Part shown: one piece after another, positions 52,673 to 64,000 of the stretch | Position numbering within the stretch: position 1 is the stretch's first letter | Layout: each line of letters begins with the position of its first letter | Source of the DNA: Octopus bimaculoides | Taxonomy: Eukaryota | Length of the DNA stretch: 64,000 nt | Direction of reading: 5' to 3' | Assembly (NCBI RefSeq): GCF_001194135.2 | Contig: NC_068995.1 | Span: 1,112,043 to 1,176,042 of the forward strand | The notes under the pieces: generated by a model | The model's input: the letters and a program-made list of their open reading frames with translations, nothing else | What the model was told of the DNA's origin: nothing | The model's database searches: none | Translations under genes and position numbers: made by a program

Positions 52673-53853
52673 CCTTGGAGACCTGAGAAAAAAATAAAAG
52701 TATGGAAAAGTGATATATGTTGTAAGGGGCCCAAAAACACGCAGGACATTGTATATATAAAAAAAAAACATCTAAACAAGTAGAATGCGAAGGAATGGTA
52801 AGAATCCCTGATGTGCTGAGTGTGCGTTAGATGAATTGCAAAATGGCGGGGGATTACTCTTATTTCAAACATAAGCAGAAATATATGGAAATCATTCAAC
52901 TTTATTTGTTTCATAATATATATATAGAACATCTCCTGACCTATAAATTCCTAGCATAGGCATTATTTCTTTCTTATTTTTACAGAATAAATTAAATTAT
53001 ATTATAATTCATATTTGTTAAATTATCTTTAAATATCAACACTTGGTTTCACTCCTAAATAGTTCTGATCCAATCTACCTTAGCAAAAAAGAAAAAAAAA
53101 AAAATCCATCTTAAATATAGAAACTGCATTTTTTCTTCATATAACGTAATATGAAATTCCTATATATAAAGATATAATCTCTAATTGACTTATTTTTAGT
53201 TAATAATTAATAATTACAAACATATTATGCTACATTATAACAAATACCCAATATATGCTCCAATCTATTCTGCTACATTTTATTTCATTATATTTTTATT
53301 CTTTTTCTCTTCACTCCTTCGTTCAACTTTTCTCTTTATTTGACCTCTTAACGAATCAATTGTAGAAATTATTAAACTTCCCATAACACAACTCCAACAA
53401 CTTAACCTTTCTGATAATAGATAAATAGAAATGAATTTAATAAATATATATATATATTTTGAGTGTGACTAGATATATATATATATATATATTGTGTGAA
53501 TATACACATATGTATGTATATATGTAAATACGTATGCATATATATTGAAGCATATATATATATATACACACACAAATGTATAAATACATAAATATGAATA
53601 TATACAATTTATATATTAACGACTGAGGGTTCACATGTATGGCTTTTAAGATACATATCATAACAGTCAAATTTTTCAATGCGCTTCATATACATTTATT
53701 TTCCCAAATATATCCCTTAAGGCCATTTCTCAAATTACATCTTGGACATCAATGGGGAAGTAGGTTTCATATTATGGAATTTAAAGTTGTAGTAAAAAAT
53801 GCTTTCAAGAACAGAGCACTTTTGTAATGTGAGAGATGGCTGGCTGTGTGTGG

Positions 53854-53905
<52 letters not shown>

Positions 53906-54325
53906 ATTATCTGAATGAGATGATTTGGTGCAGTTGACTGGACATTCGGTCTGTTTTGGTGACTACTTTTTGGCGTTGGATACAAACTCGTACACGCAAA
54001 CACACACACGCACAGTGGGAGAGAGGCAGGGATCAGTGACACCCAAAAAGTGGCACCAAACCAGCTGTGCCAAACCATCTTATACTCCCCAAATATTACT
54101 TTTTGATTGCTATGATTATTTTTGCAATTGTTTTCTCTTTTAGTCTTCAAGCTAGATCCAGGTGAGCGACCTTAAAAGTCTGGTTTTGTTTTTTTTCACA
54201 CCATTGCTTCAAACTATCTGAGGATTATTGCTGTTTCACCCATCTTGTATACACCCTTCAACCTTTTTAACTGATTTCAGGTATTCTGTTATATACACAC
54301 CCACACACTGCCATTAAATACCACA

Positions 54326-54362
<37 letters not shown>

Positions 54363-55690
54363 CACACACACACACACACACACACATACATGCTCACACA
54401 CACACACACACATCTATCCTCGTTTATCACCAGGTTTGGTTTTAAAAAACTACAGTGATAAATGAATCCTCTTCACACACTTTGTAAATGGAATGAATGG
54501 TGGTCTTGACACCAAGCTCTGGACTCACACCAGCAAAACTTCTGCTGTTATGTTTTTTTTCTTGATCATAGAGATGATCCTTTTCCCGTAGAGAATACAC
54601 TCATTTCTTTAAATCAGGTGCCTTCATATTTTTTCTGTTTACTGGTCCTATGTTGATGAGTAAAATTATATAAATCCACATTAAAAAAGAAAACAGGCAG
54701 CCTTGCAGCATGGTCAATGTGTTGTGGGTAGCTGAGCCTTGCAGGTGGTTACTGGGGTGCGTTTTTGCAGTACAAGCAGAGCCTTTGACCGATTGCCAAC
54801 CCATGTTACCACAGATGAATCAGTGATAAGCACAAGGGCTCAATGATGAATGAATCACTGATAAACGAGGATAGATGAATACCATAAGATTTTAGAAACT
54901 TCAAGAGACATAAAATAAATGATTTTTATTCATGGAACTCAAAGCTGTAAATAATAGCCCTTAAATATTGGGTTGAAGAAAAAGTGGTAGAACATATTTT
55001 ACAGGTGTGGATTCACGTTCCTTAGTCTTTGACTTTTTTCCATTTAAATAGTTCTTTAACCCAATGTTCAATCACTATTATTTATTGCTTTATCTGCTTG
55101 CAATTCCACCTTCAAAAATGATTTATTTATATATGTGTGTATAATGTATATAATAAATTCCTTCTTTGGCACCTTCAGTAATATTTCTGCTCTGCCTTCA
55201 CCTCCTGCCACTTTTTGTTTTTGTTTCTTCAAGTCTTCAGTTCCTCTCTTTGCACCCTGTCAAATGTGGTTTTGAAATAATCGTAGTGGTGAAGGGGTCA
55301 GGGGATTAGTATTATTGGTTCTTCATTTTTATTTTGAGTAAAATTTTGTTTAATTTTTATTATTCTATTGTTTTCAATTAAAAAAAAAAACTTTTGTTTC
55401 CAGCAGTGGCCCACCTTTTGTAAACTTTACTGAAGAGCAGCACAGGGCTTCCTACCCTTATTTTCCTCCTTAAGTAGAACTTAAAATTTGATAAGAGCTT
55501 GGCCTGAGAGAGAGAGAAAAAAAAAAGACACTGTCCACAAAATCGCTTTCCTTTATAAAGTAGATAACTTCCATTATAAATTTCCTCTGTCATCACATTA
55601 TAAATTTCCTGTCATCACAACTAAACAGATGACGACCCACTCTTCCTTGACAAGGAAAGTGGTGGTTTGATCTCTACAAAAGGCTTAGAT

Positions 55691-55930
55691 CAGTAGTTCC
55701 CAAAGTGGGTAGTACTGCCCCACCCACGGGGGGGGGGAGAAAAACGGGGTGATAATGGGGTGACCAAAACGGCAATGGATGTAAAAAAAAGAAACATTTG
55801 TGAAATAGTGTTGTTTTAAATTTGCAGCAGAAAATGGTTTATGTCTGTGATGGTGAGAGGGGGGCGGGGACACTAGGAATGTGGCCTTAGAATCAAGGAG
55901 GTGGCGGCCTGAGAGGTTTGGGAACCACTG
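55691..55930. mobile_element. hAT (Charlie-type) MITE, 240 bp
   Basis: TIRs CAGTAGTTCCCAAA (55691) and TTTGGGAACCACTG (ending 55930). 8-bp TSD GCTTAGAT / GCTTAGAC (55683..55690; 55931..55938). Confidence 0.88.
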
Positions 55931-56214
55931 GCTTAGACGATAGCCGGATCCATCTGCATGTGATAATAAATGTTTTATATAATCCAACAAAATCCACAAT
56001 GCATGGATTACTGGATGAATTGCCTGCTGTATGTTTTCTTTATCTTGCATGAATATTCCGACAGGTTTGGTTGCTGTCAGCTTCAATGCAAAACTTATCC
56101 CTAATCTTAATGTCTACCTAACAACCATCTGGCCAGAAAATCTGTCAGTAGAACACAATTGACTCTAACTATGTCATCCCAGCTTTTCATTACTGCCCCT
56201 TACTTTATTCAGCT

Positions 56215-56655
56215 TAGAAGGCAGCAAAACTGGCAGAATTATTTCAGTTTTGGAATAAATGCTTTGAGGAGGTATTTCTTACAACTTTTTACACTCAGAG
56301 TTCAATTCCCACCTTTGTCAACTTTGCCTTCCATCCCTCAAGGGTAAAGAAAATAAAGTATCAGTCAAGTACTGGGGTCGATGGAATCAGAATTGATTAA
56401 ACCCTGCCCACCAGATTGATGGCCTTCAGTCTAAATCAGAAATCACTCTATTGAGCTTGGATGAAAAATGAAGCCAGCTTTGATTAGATTTGAACTCAGA
56501 TCTTAAAGGGATGGAAAGCATTTTATAGATTTTATCACTCCTTCCACTCATAATAATAATAATAATTTTGCCACAAGGGCAGTAATTTTGGAGAAGGGGA
56601 TAAGTCGATTACATCAGCCCCAGTGTTCATCTGGTACTTATTTTATCGACCCCAT
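56215..56655. mobile_element. SINE family C pieces (central CCTTCCATCC..GGGTCGATAAAATAAGTACCAG domain), both orientations
   Basis: A + copy at about 56218..56395 and a - copy at about 56565..56655. Related pieces at about 21060..21260, 36100..36210, 38320..38470 and 48940..49040. Confidence 0.6.
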
Positions 56656-57531
56656 ATACTAACTAGAGTGTTACCTGTTCCATGTTGTAAGGTGATGCTG
56701 GTATATACACTTTTGCTACTTCTTAGTAATATCAGGTCATGTCACTTCTGTAATAAATTGATTGCGAAACCTTTTTCTTACCATATTTCCATTGAAATAC
56801 ACTACTTTTGTTTCATTAAATCTTGAAAATAAAGAATTTGCTAAAATAACTTTGTCATTAATCTGAAACTTGCAGCATAAATTAAACTACCATCTATCTC
56901 AGAGCCAGGGACAGTCACATGCAGTTTGATATCAGAAGGGTTAAACAGTATTATTGTCATCAATAAAATATATTGTTATTGATAATATAGATTTATTGCA
57001 AATGAGAAATCTGTTTTTATTTTATAACTTTTGAGTTCATTTCATTATTTTTTATAACCACCATGAAATCTGAATAAAGTAAAATTTTGATAAAGGGAGA
57101 CGTTCTTCTCTGAAGATGAAATACAACAGTGATCAACCTATTTTATGATTGAATTTGCCAGAACAAATTAAGAGTGAGTAGATATGTTAAAATTCTAATA
57201 ATAATCATAGCATCTGGCATCATCAGAAATTAGTTAGAGGTGACAAGAAATAACGCCATCATTCATTATGTGATGGACTCTAGTAATAATAAAGAGATTG
57301 GTCTCGTATTTAATTTTGGCAAAATTGATCTAATGTTCTCTTGAGTACCTCCCCCCAGTTCTTGTTTTGTAAAATCAGGCTTTAAGTTGTTTCTCCTTCT
57401 TTTTCCAAATACTGTTTCCATGCTAACATGGATTTCTATGTTTTTGTTCTTGCCTTTTTTTTTATTTCAAATTTTTTTTAATAACATTTTTGTTTTGCTT
57501 TGTTTTTGGACTTGATTTGATAATATTTTGG

Positions 57532-57580
<49 letters not shown>

Positions 57581-57882
57581 AGAATATATTTTCACTTTAA
57601 ATAATATACAAACACCTTTCTTTACCTTTCAGAATTTGGAGAGTAATGTAACTTGTACGCTCACAGCTCCTTTGCCTCTGGGTGTTCTATATAGCCTGTA
57701 GTTACTCTTNNNNNNNNNNNNNNNNNNNNNNNNNNNNNNNNNNNNNNNNNNNNNNNNNNNNNNNNNNNNNNNNNNNNNNNNNNNNNNNNNNNNNNNNNNN
57801 NNNNNNNNNNNNNNNNNNNNNNNNNNNNNNNNNNNNNNNNNNNNNNNNNNNNNNNNNNNNNNNNNNNNNNNNNNNNNNNNNN

Positions 57883-58042
57883 CTGAGTGGTTGGCGTTAG
57901 GAAGGGCATCCAGCTGTAGAAACTCTGCCAAATCAGACTGGAGCCTGGTGTTGCCATCCGGTTTCACCAGTCCTCAGTCAAATCGTCCAACCCATGCTAG
58001 CATGGAAAGCGGACGTTAAACGATGATGATGATGATGATGAT
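57883..58042 (+). mobile_element. SINE/LINE-tail family B copy ending in (GAT)n
   Basis: TGGTTGGCGTTAGGAAGGGCATCCAGCTGTAGAAAC...CATGGAAAGCGGACGTTAAACGATGATGATG. It retains its CpGs, so it is young. Confidence 0.85.
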
Positions 58043-58420
58043 ATATACATATTGAGAATTTACATTTATTTAGCAAAACTTTTGTTTTCTCCTCCCTGAA
58101 AACCATTTCTAGCTTCTTCAACATAGTTCCTTGTGTTTCTGACTGGATGTAGCATGCGGCGTTCTATCACTGGGGTATAGTTTGCTGTGACACTGGCAGG
58201 ACATAGCATAATGTGACCCTGGCAGGATTGAATGTGCCATGCAGTTTGCTATGACTGATTGTATGACTAGATATCCAGTATGGTCTGTATAACCACTGTT
58301 ATTTTAAAATTATAATATTCAACACCCCTTTTTATATCACTACCCCCTGACCTTTATTTCTCCCACCAACTTGTTATACCAACCTGGCCACTTACACAAC
58401 ACCAATATTGTCCATTTCAG

Positions 58421-58564
58421 AAAGTAAAGAAGTTCATTGAAGAGGTCAACTACTACTACATCCAAAATGGCAAACAGCCATTGCCCTGGAAGACAGCAGT
58501 CAAGTTTCTTATGGCCCGCAAGTTTGACATCCGCAGAGCATTAGACTTATACAGATGTCATCAG
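58421..58564 (+). CDS. PTPN9: PTPN9-like phosphatase, coding exon 2 (CRAL-TRIO N-terminal region, 48 aa)
   Basis: Acceptor TCCATTTCAG| and donor CAG|GTAAAG, 144 nt, phase 0/0. Reads KVKKFIEEVNYYYIQNGKQPLPWKTAVKFLMARKFDIRRALDLYRCHQ. W.TAVKFLMARKFD..RA..L is the PTPN9 signature. Confidence 0.93.
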
Positions 58565-58994
58565 GTAAAGAAATTCCTCTTCTTTTGAATGGCTTCCTTT
58601 CTTTATCTCTTTTTCTCATTTCTCACTTCACCCCACCCCCCTCACATTCTTCTTTGTATTATTTGAAGCTTTAACTGGTTTCACACTTTACACTGATTTT
58701 CAAAAAGTTCAACTAGAAAGACATGGCTTGTGTTGCAGCTGTCTTGCTTCTGACTAGTGTTTGACGCTTGCCCTGTTTTTATAGGAAGTTCATGACTCAA
58801 ATTAGTATATGTTTTGAATAGGATTTGATTGGTAGAGGGATAGTCACATGACTAGTCTTAGAAATTTTTGTAGGTTCCCCACTATATGCATGTGTTAGCA
58901 TTTGACTGGTAAACCAAGGCTGACACGGTTGACTGAACGTGTCCAAACAATCAATTGCTCTGAATGTTTTCTGTCAAGTGTTTGTAGAGAACAA

Positions 58995-59258
58995 ACACAT
59001 TCATTGAATTTAATGCATGCTATCAAATGTCAAGGATGTAATGAACACAGGTCAAACAAAGCTTACTCTAAGAAATAGACTGACCGTTCACTGACAACAA
59101 ATATGAGACTCCAGTTCTAGAAAGATTCCACTGAGGGGTCATATAGACATATGTGCAAAGAATAAGTCTCCCATATTGCAGGTCTTCCCACTCTACCACA
59201 GATGAACAAAGAAAATACTTTCATACAAGAGTACAAACCAAGACTTAACAGACTTTAA
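58995..59258 (+). mobile_element. Penelope-like element GIY-YIG endonuclease remnant
   Basis: NLMHAIKCQGCNEH/(YI)GQTKLTLRNRLTVH*QQI*D...GHIDICAKNK..QVFPLY / KENTFIQEYKPRLNRL*. It has two frameshifts and two TGA stops consistent with CGA decay. Confidence 0.8.
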
Positions 59259-60214
59259 CAGAGTACATACACAAATAACTATTCATATACAAAATTCATT
59301 CTGCCTCTTATGAGGAAGCTACACAGCTAAAAGCCTAAACTTTAGCCATTGGACTACATACAAATGACCCCTGTTTACTCTCCCACCAGACAGATTAAAT
59401 TTGGAATGCTTTGATTGTAACTAAACATTTTCACTCATCTGTGTCGGCCTTCTTTTTTTAGGTGCAAAATATACAGTCATGTGACACTAACACACGGACG
59501 TAGTGGGAAGCGTACGAAAGGTTATACACTTAATCATGTGCTTGATCTTTTAAACTACAGACATTATCCATTTTACAAGAGGTGACCTTATACCGAGTGA
59601 AGGGAGGTCAAGAAGGGTTGAGGGACAGGTATAGGTGTCTTGCTTTGGGGGAGAAACATGGCCACGCCCAGTAGGAAGAGAAAGAGGATGCTGGTGAAGG
59701 TGTGTCAGGGCATACCCTTAAATTACAGGAATATAAGGGAAGTAGTGTGGCAGGTGGATGGAGGGAGATGCAGTGGGGGGACGTGAGTGGGGGTTTGGTC
59801 AGTCATGAATATCTGTTGAAGTAGGAGTGGGTTAGGGAATAGGTAAGAGGGGGGAGCAGCATTGATGTGAAGTGAGTGGGGGGTAGATGTGTATGTGAAA
59901 GAGATGCAAAGTGCTAGGGATGAAGGTGGAAATGATGGGAGATGAACAGAGGGGATGGGGCTGCTGCTGAGAGAAAATGAGGGGTTGTAATAATAGAAGG
60001 GGAGGGGAGTGAAATATAAGGAGGTAAGAGATGATAGTGAGGATGTGTGAGGAACAGGAAGTGGTTCCTGGGAGGGTGAGTGGTGGGGGGAATGAAGTGT
60101 ATGCAATCCCATCTCATAATTACAGCAGCTGAGTGAGTTATGAGAGGGATGGAGAGGAGGGTGTCGGGAAGATGGGGTTGTAGGTAGGGGGTTCTTTGGG
60201 TGCAGGGGCATAGA

Positions 60215-60715
60215 CTTAGGTGACGTGCCTTTAGGATCTTATTTTCATTTAGCAGGGATGGGTTTTCTCAAGTATCATATATCGCTAATCACTTCAGTCC
60301 TTTGTCCTCTCCTCCATGAGACTCAACATCCAGGCATCATTCTTCACCAGTTTAATCTCCAGGGCCTCTCTCTTCTACTGGTCCCATCCACATTCAAAGG
60401 TCAGCACTTTTGTATGCAGCCCTCCTCATCCGTACACATCACATGACCATACCAGCACATTTCCCCCTCTCGCACACATCCAATACCTTTTATACCTAAT
60501 TTTCCTCTTAACACATTTTCACTTTGCTGTACACACACACACACACTGACATTGCACATCAACTGGAGCCTGCTAGCTTCAATGTCTTACACACCATCAC
60601 ATGTCTTCTACATTTACAACCCATGTTTCACCACCATGTAGCATTGCAGTTTGTGCACAAGTATCATACAATCTGCCTTTCACCCTGAGAGCAGGGCCTT
60701 TTCTTGCCAATAATT
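60215..60715 (-). mobile_element. RTE LINE 3' coding end; the adjacent 59600..60215 may be its 3' UTR
   Basis: Minus strand LARKGPALRVKGRLYDTCAQTAMLHGGETW..., followed by recognisable decayed WYGHV and GRGRP blocks. Confidence 0.85.
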
Positions 60716-61035
60716 ATAATTAAGGGTACTAAGAAGAAACAGCACCTGGAGATAGACATCAAATGACTCTATATTACACTCCATTAGTAATTACTAAACC
60801 AGAAATCGGACAATCTAGAATTAACCTAAAAAAAAAATATTCTTACTAAATCTATTTTATTCATTTCTTTGCTTTCAGCATTGTGCTAATGGATTGTAAT
60901 TTGAAGTGGTTTTTAGAGTCATTTGACATCTATCTCTAGCATGTAGGTGCTGTTTCTCAGTACCCTTAATTATAATGATATATATATATATATATCTATA
61001 GCTATATGTGTGTGTTTATGTTTGTGTGTGTGTGT

Positions 61036-61350
61036 GTGGCTTAGTGGTTAGGGTATTCGGCCCTTGATTGTAAGGTCATGAGTTTGATTCCTGGTGGCAC
61101 ATTGTGTCCTTGAGCAAGACACTTTATTTTACATTGCTGCAGTCCACTCAGCTGGCAAAAATGGGTTGCACTTGCATTTCAAAGGGGCCAGCCTTGTCAC
61201 GTTCTGTCTTATGCTGAATCTCTCTGAGGACTACATTAAGGTTATGCATGTCTGTGGAGTACTCAGCCACTTGCACTTTAATTGCATGTGCATATGGTTC
61301 CGTTTATTGGATCAGTTGGGACACTCATCATCATAACAGATGGAGTACCT
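61036..61350 (+). mobile_element. tRNA-derived SINE with a CORE-like body
   Basis: A box TGGCTTAGTGG, B box GAGTTTGATTCC, then TGTGTCCTTGAGCAAGACACTTTA...CCACTCAGCTGG. Confidence 0.75.
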
Positions 61351-61590
61351 GTCACACACACACACACACAATCTGCTTCAATAATTGGTGTCTGACCCTT
61401 GCCAGCATGGAGAAGTGGATACTACGACGATGATGACATGCATATAGTTGTATGTATGTCCACTCACACAACGATGTATCTGTGGAATGCATGCAGGCGA
61501 TCAGACAAACCCATACACTGTATTGCTGTAGTGTTCAATGTTTCATTTATTTCTCTTTCTGTCTCTCTCATTTGAACCCGTTTCCTGCAG

Positions 61591-61680
61591 TTAACTAGAG
61601 AAGGTGAAGACTTGCTCTATCTCGACATTAACGACAAATTCCTGCAAGAAGAATTACAGACAGAGAAGTTCACAATATTG
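61591..61680 (+). CDS. PTPN9: PTPN9-like phosphatase, coding exon 3 (30 aa)
   Basis: Acceptor TTTCCTGCAG| and donor TTG|GTAAGT, 90 nt, phase 0/0. Reads LTREGEDLLYLDINDKFLQEELQTEKFTIL, ending in KFTIL like vertebrate PTPN9. Confidence 0.9.
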
Positions 61681-64000
61681 GTAAGTTGTTTACTTGTAGC
61701 TTAATGCATGTTTCATCACCTCTCATTCTCATGACAAGGTTGATTCTGTTGGGATGGGGGACGTTGAACCCCAGGTCAACAATGTTCAAAGATATCCCAG
61801 CCCCTTGGTATCCCATTTTATTTTATGGCATAGTACATCTGGGGCTGCATTATCCAATACAACTCTTGAAGTGCTTCTGCACTCTTATTCCTTCCAACTC
61901 TTTTAATGTTAACTTTTCTGTGTTTTATTCTGTGTCCTGTGCATGTCCTTCTAGCTTTCATTGCCGTCTTTCTTTGACTCAGATGTTGGCTTCTGCCCAT
62001 TCCTTTTAACCTCTTCTAACGAGTAGTAGTGCACCTGAGCACTGTATACAATAAACTCATTATATTTGATTATATCATTCCAAAATAGTAGCAAACAAAA
62101 ACTTCTAATTTGACAAGGCTGGCAGTGAGTAAAGGTTATTAAACCTGTGAGTGGTAGATTTGAAATTCATGTGCCTGACACTCCTTTCTATTTTGCTGTT
62201 GGTTGTTATAACACCTAATATCACTCGTTTCACGGGTTCCACATCACTTTGGATCTAAATCAGCCAAATTTAAGGGGGCAGGGTGAACAGTATATTACTT
62301 GTGAAAGACTGGGGTTCTTAACCAGAGAAACTTCCTTCAGAAAAATGGAAAGATGTATGTTGACCTCTTAAAAATCTCTGGTTAAAAGATGGTTGCTTCC
62401 TCCATGCCCCCTTCCTCGGAATCTGTTGGCAGAGCTATTTCTATTGTGTGAAGATGTTTCTAACAATGTTATTGGAAGCTCCTTATTTTTAAAAACCTGT
62501 CTTCTTACTCTCAAACCTACACACTTTTCCCTGTTGGTGTGGTCAATTCTCAGCACCTTTGGTGGCCGTTGAGAGTTTCCACATTCTCTTCTGAAGTTAT
62601 GGCATCGTCTGACCATGTAGCAGTTATAGTAGTGGTAATGTTACTTTTAGTAACTTTAAATGTGGAACTGTTCTGAACATACCTGATGCAAGTCCAAGCA
62701 AGGACATAGGAATTAAACTTTTGTTTCAAATGGATTGTAAGTGGACAAATGAAATTTTAAACTGACTAAAGTCTTTGGTTTTTTTTTTTTATCAAAAATT
62801 GATTTTGAGGACAAAAATTGATTTTCAATTGACAGCAAACAAGAAACAATAATTTTAGTAAAATTTGACCCAGATTTGAAACTGGTTGGAATGGTTGATT
62901 TTCCATATTCTGAAGAGAAAAAGGAATCTTCTAGAGTGTCTGTGTCTCATCATACAACCAGGATTATTTACTATTGGACTCGTTTTTTTCCATGGGAGAC
63001 AACACTGTGTTGCAAGCTTATCTTCCTGTCTGTTGCAAATAGATGTGACTTCCCTGAGTGGATAAAGTGTTGAACTGGTTACCTGTAGGTTGTGAGTTCG
63101 AACACTCTGAAGGTTTTTCATTGTATTTTTGGACAGAAAACTTTAATACTCATGTTTTGCTACTTCACAATGTTGTACTTTGTGAGCAAGCATTGTATTG
63201 TTCTTTGTTTCACTTAGAAGAATCTGTTGCCAGCAGGAGTAACACCACTCTAAACTTTCTCTTTACTCCCACCATTATACTTTCACAATATGCACCTCTA
63301 CTGCTACTTAGATCACCTTCATATTTGAGAATAAAGGGGAAAAAAAGAGAGAAGAAAATTCTATTGCACCACATGTTTTTTTAAATAGGGGTAATATTCA
63401 GCTTTTTGTTCTCATTCATTCCAATGCATCTATCATTTACGTGGAGTAAATCATGTGGCATTTGTACTTCTTTTTTTTTCTTTTTTTTTTGGTTATATTT
63501 CTCAGCTGACATCTCATCTAAGCTAATTCTCTTACTAATCATTTATAACTTTTTCCGTTACTTTCATAACTCCATTCATAAAATCCATCACCATCACACA
63601 TTTGCCATAGCAACTGTTGCAGGTGAAAGCTTTCCTTCTTAGCCCCAGAATCAGTTATTTTTTTTTCTGTTTATTATTATCATTTTTGTTCTTGTTGTTG
63701 TCATTCAGAGTTACTTAATTTATCAGACATTACTGCATGTTACCGTTTTCCTCTCACCCAATTTCATATGAATATATTTGTTTTCACTTATATTTGTGTG
63801 TGTGTATGTGCGTGCATGTGTATGTGTGTATACATGTGTGTGCACATATATTTATGTATGTGTATTATTTGCCTGCATATGTATATATGTGCATAGATGT
63901 TTTTTTTTGTATATGTACATACACCTGTATATATGTGTATGTATCCATGCATGCACGAATACAGCTATACATATATATATATATATATATATGTGTGTGT

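Larger units (their letters stand above)
6201..57882. other. Assembly gaps (largest: 6201..7060, 35143..35771, 40518..40946, 43166..44133, 57710..57882)
   Basis: Runs of N. About 3.3 kb of the window is unsequenced and could hide exons or elements. Confidence 1.
639..64000. repeat. Very abundant (TA)n, (CA)n, (GA)n, (TAGA)n, (TACA)n and (GAT)n microsatellites throughout
   Basis: Directly visible, e.g. 708..760, 5700..5810, 18685..18770, 19375..19470, 45201..45290 and 49940..50030. Many N-gaps abut such tracts. Confidence 0.98.

Noticed and set aside
61681-64000. Next PTPN9 exon (expected RD..GA.IALFTA)
   Set aside because: Candidate acceptors, e.g. at about 63218, give early stops and no similarity.
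1-64000. tRNA, rRNA, snoRNA genes or CRISPR arrays
   Set aside because: The A/B-box hits are all SINE heads with no cloverleaf. There are no properly spaced C/D box pairs and no repeat-spacer arrays, and the context is eukaryotic.

Overview
AT-rich, microsatellite-dense draft assembly from an animal genome with about 16 N-gaps. The SINE/LINE repertoire suggests an octopus or other coleoid cephalopod (inference). The window holds the 5' ends of two divergently transcribed genes. (1) A CDC34/UBE2R2-type ubiquitin-conjugating E2 on the minus strand: first coding exon 9312..9136, with later exons not seen. (2) A PTPN9 (PTP-MEG2)-type Sec14/CRAL-TRIO tyrosine phosphatase on the plus strand: an 11-codon first exon (18191..18223, missed by the ORF track), a 40.2-kb intron, then exons 58421..58564 and 61591..61680, which splice in frame. 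The rest is intronic or intergenic and filled with decayed mobile DNA: RTE-clade LINE pieces, a Tx1/L1-clade piece, three mariner transposase remnants, a hAT MITE with its 8-bp TSD, a Penelope GIY-YIG remnant and at least three SINE families. The most interesting signal is a set of minimal type I hammerhead-ribozyme-like motifs. One is a near-perfect fold with a non-canonical CCGAUGA core (45121..45162, minus). It belongs to a small fold-back repeat family also seen at 12893..13095, which could be a Penelope-dependent, retrozyme-like element. Most other entries in the supplied ORF track are artefacts of N-gaps or simple repeats.
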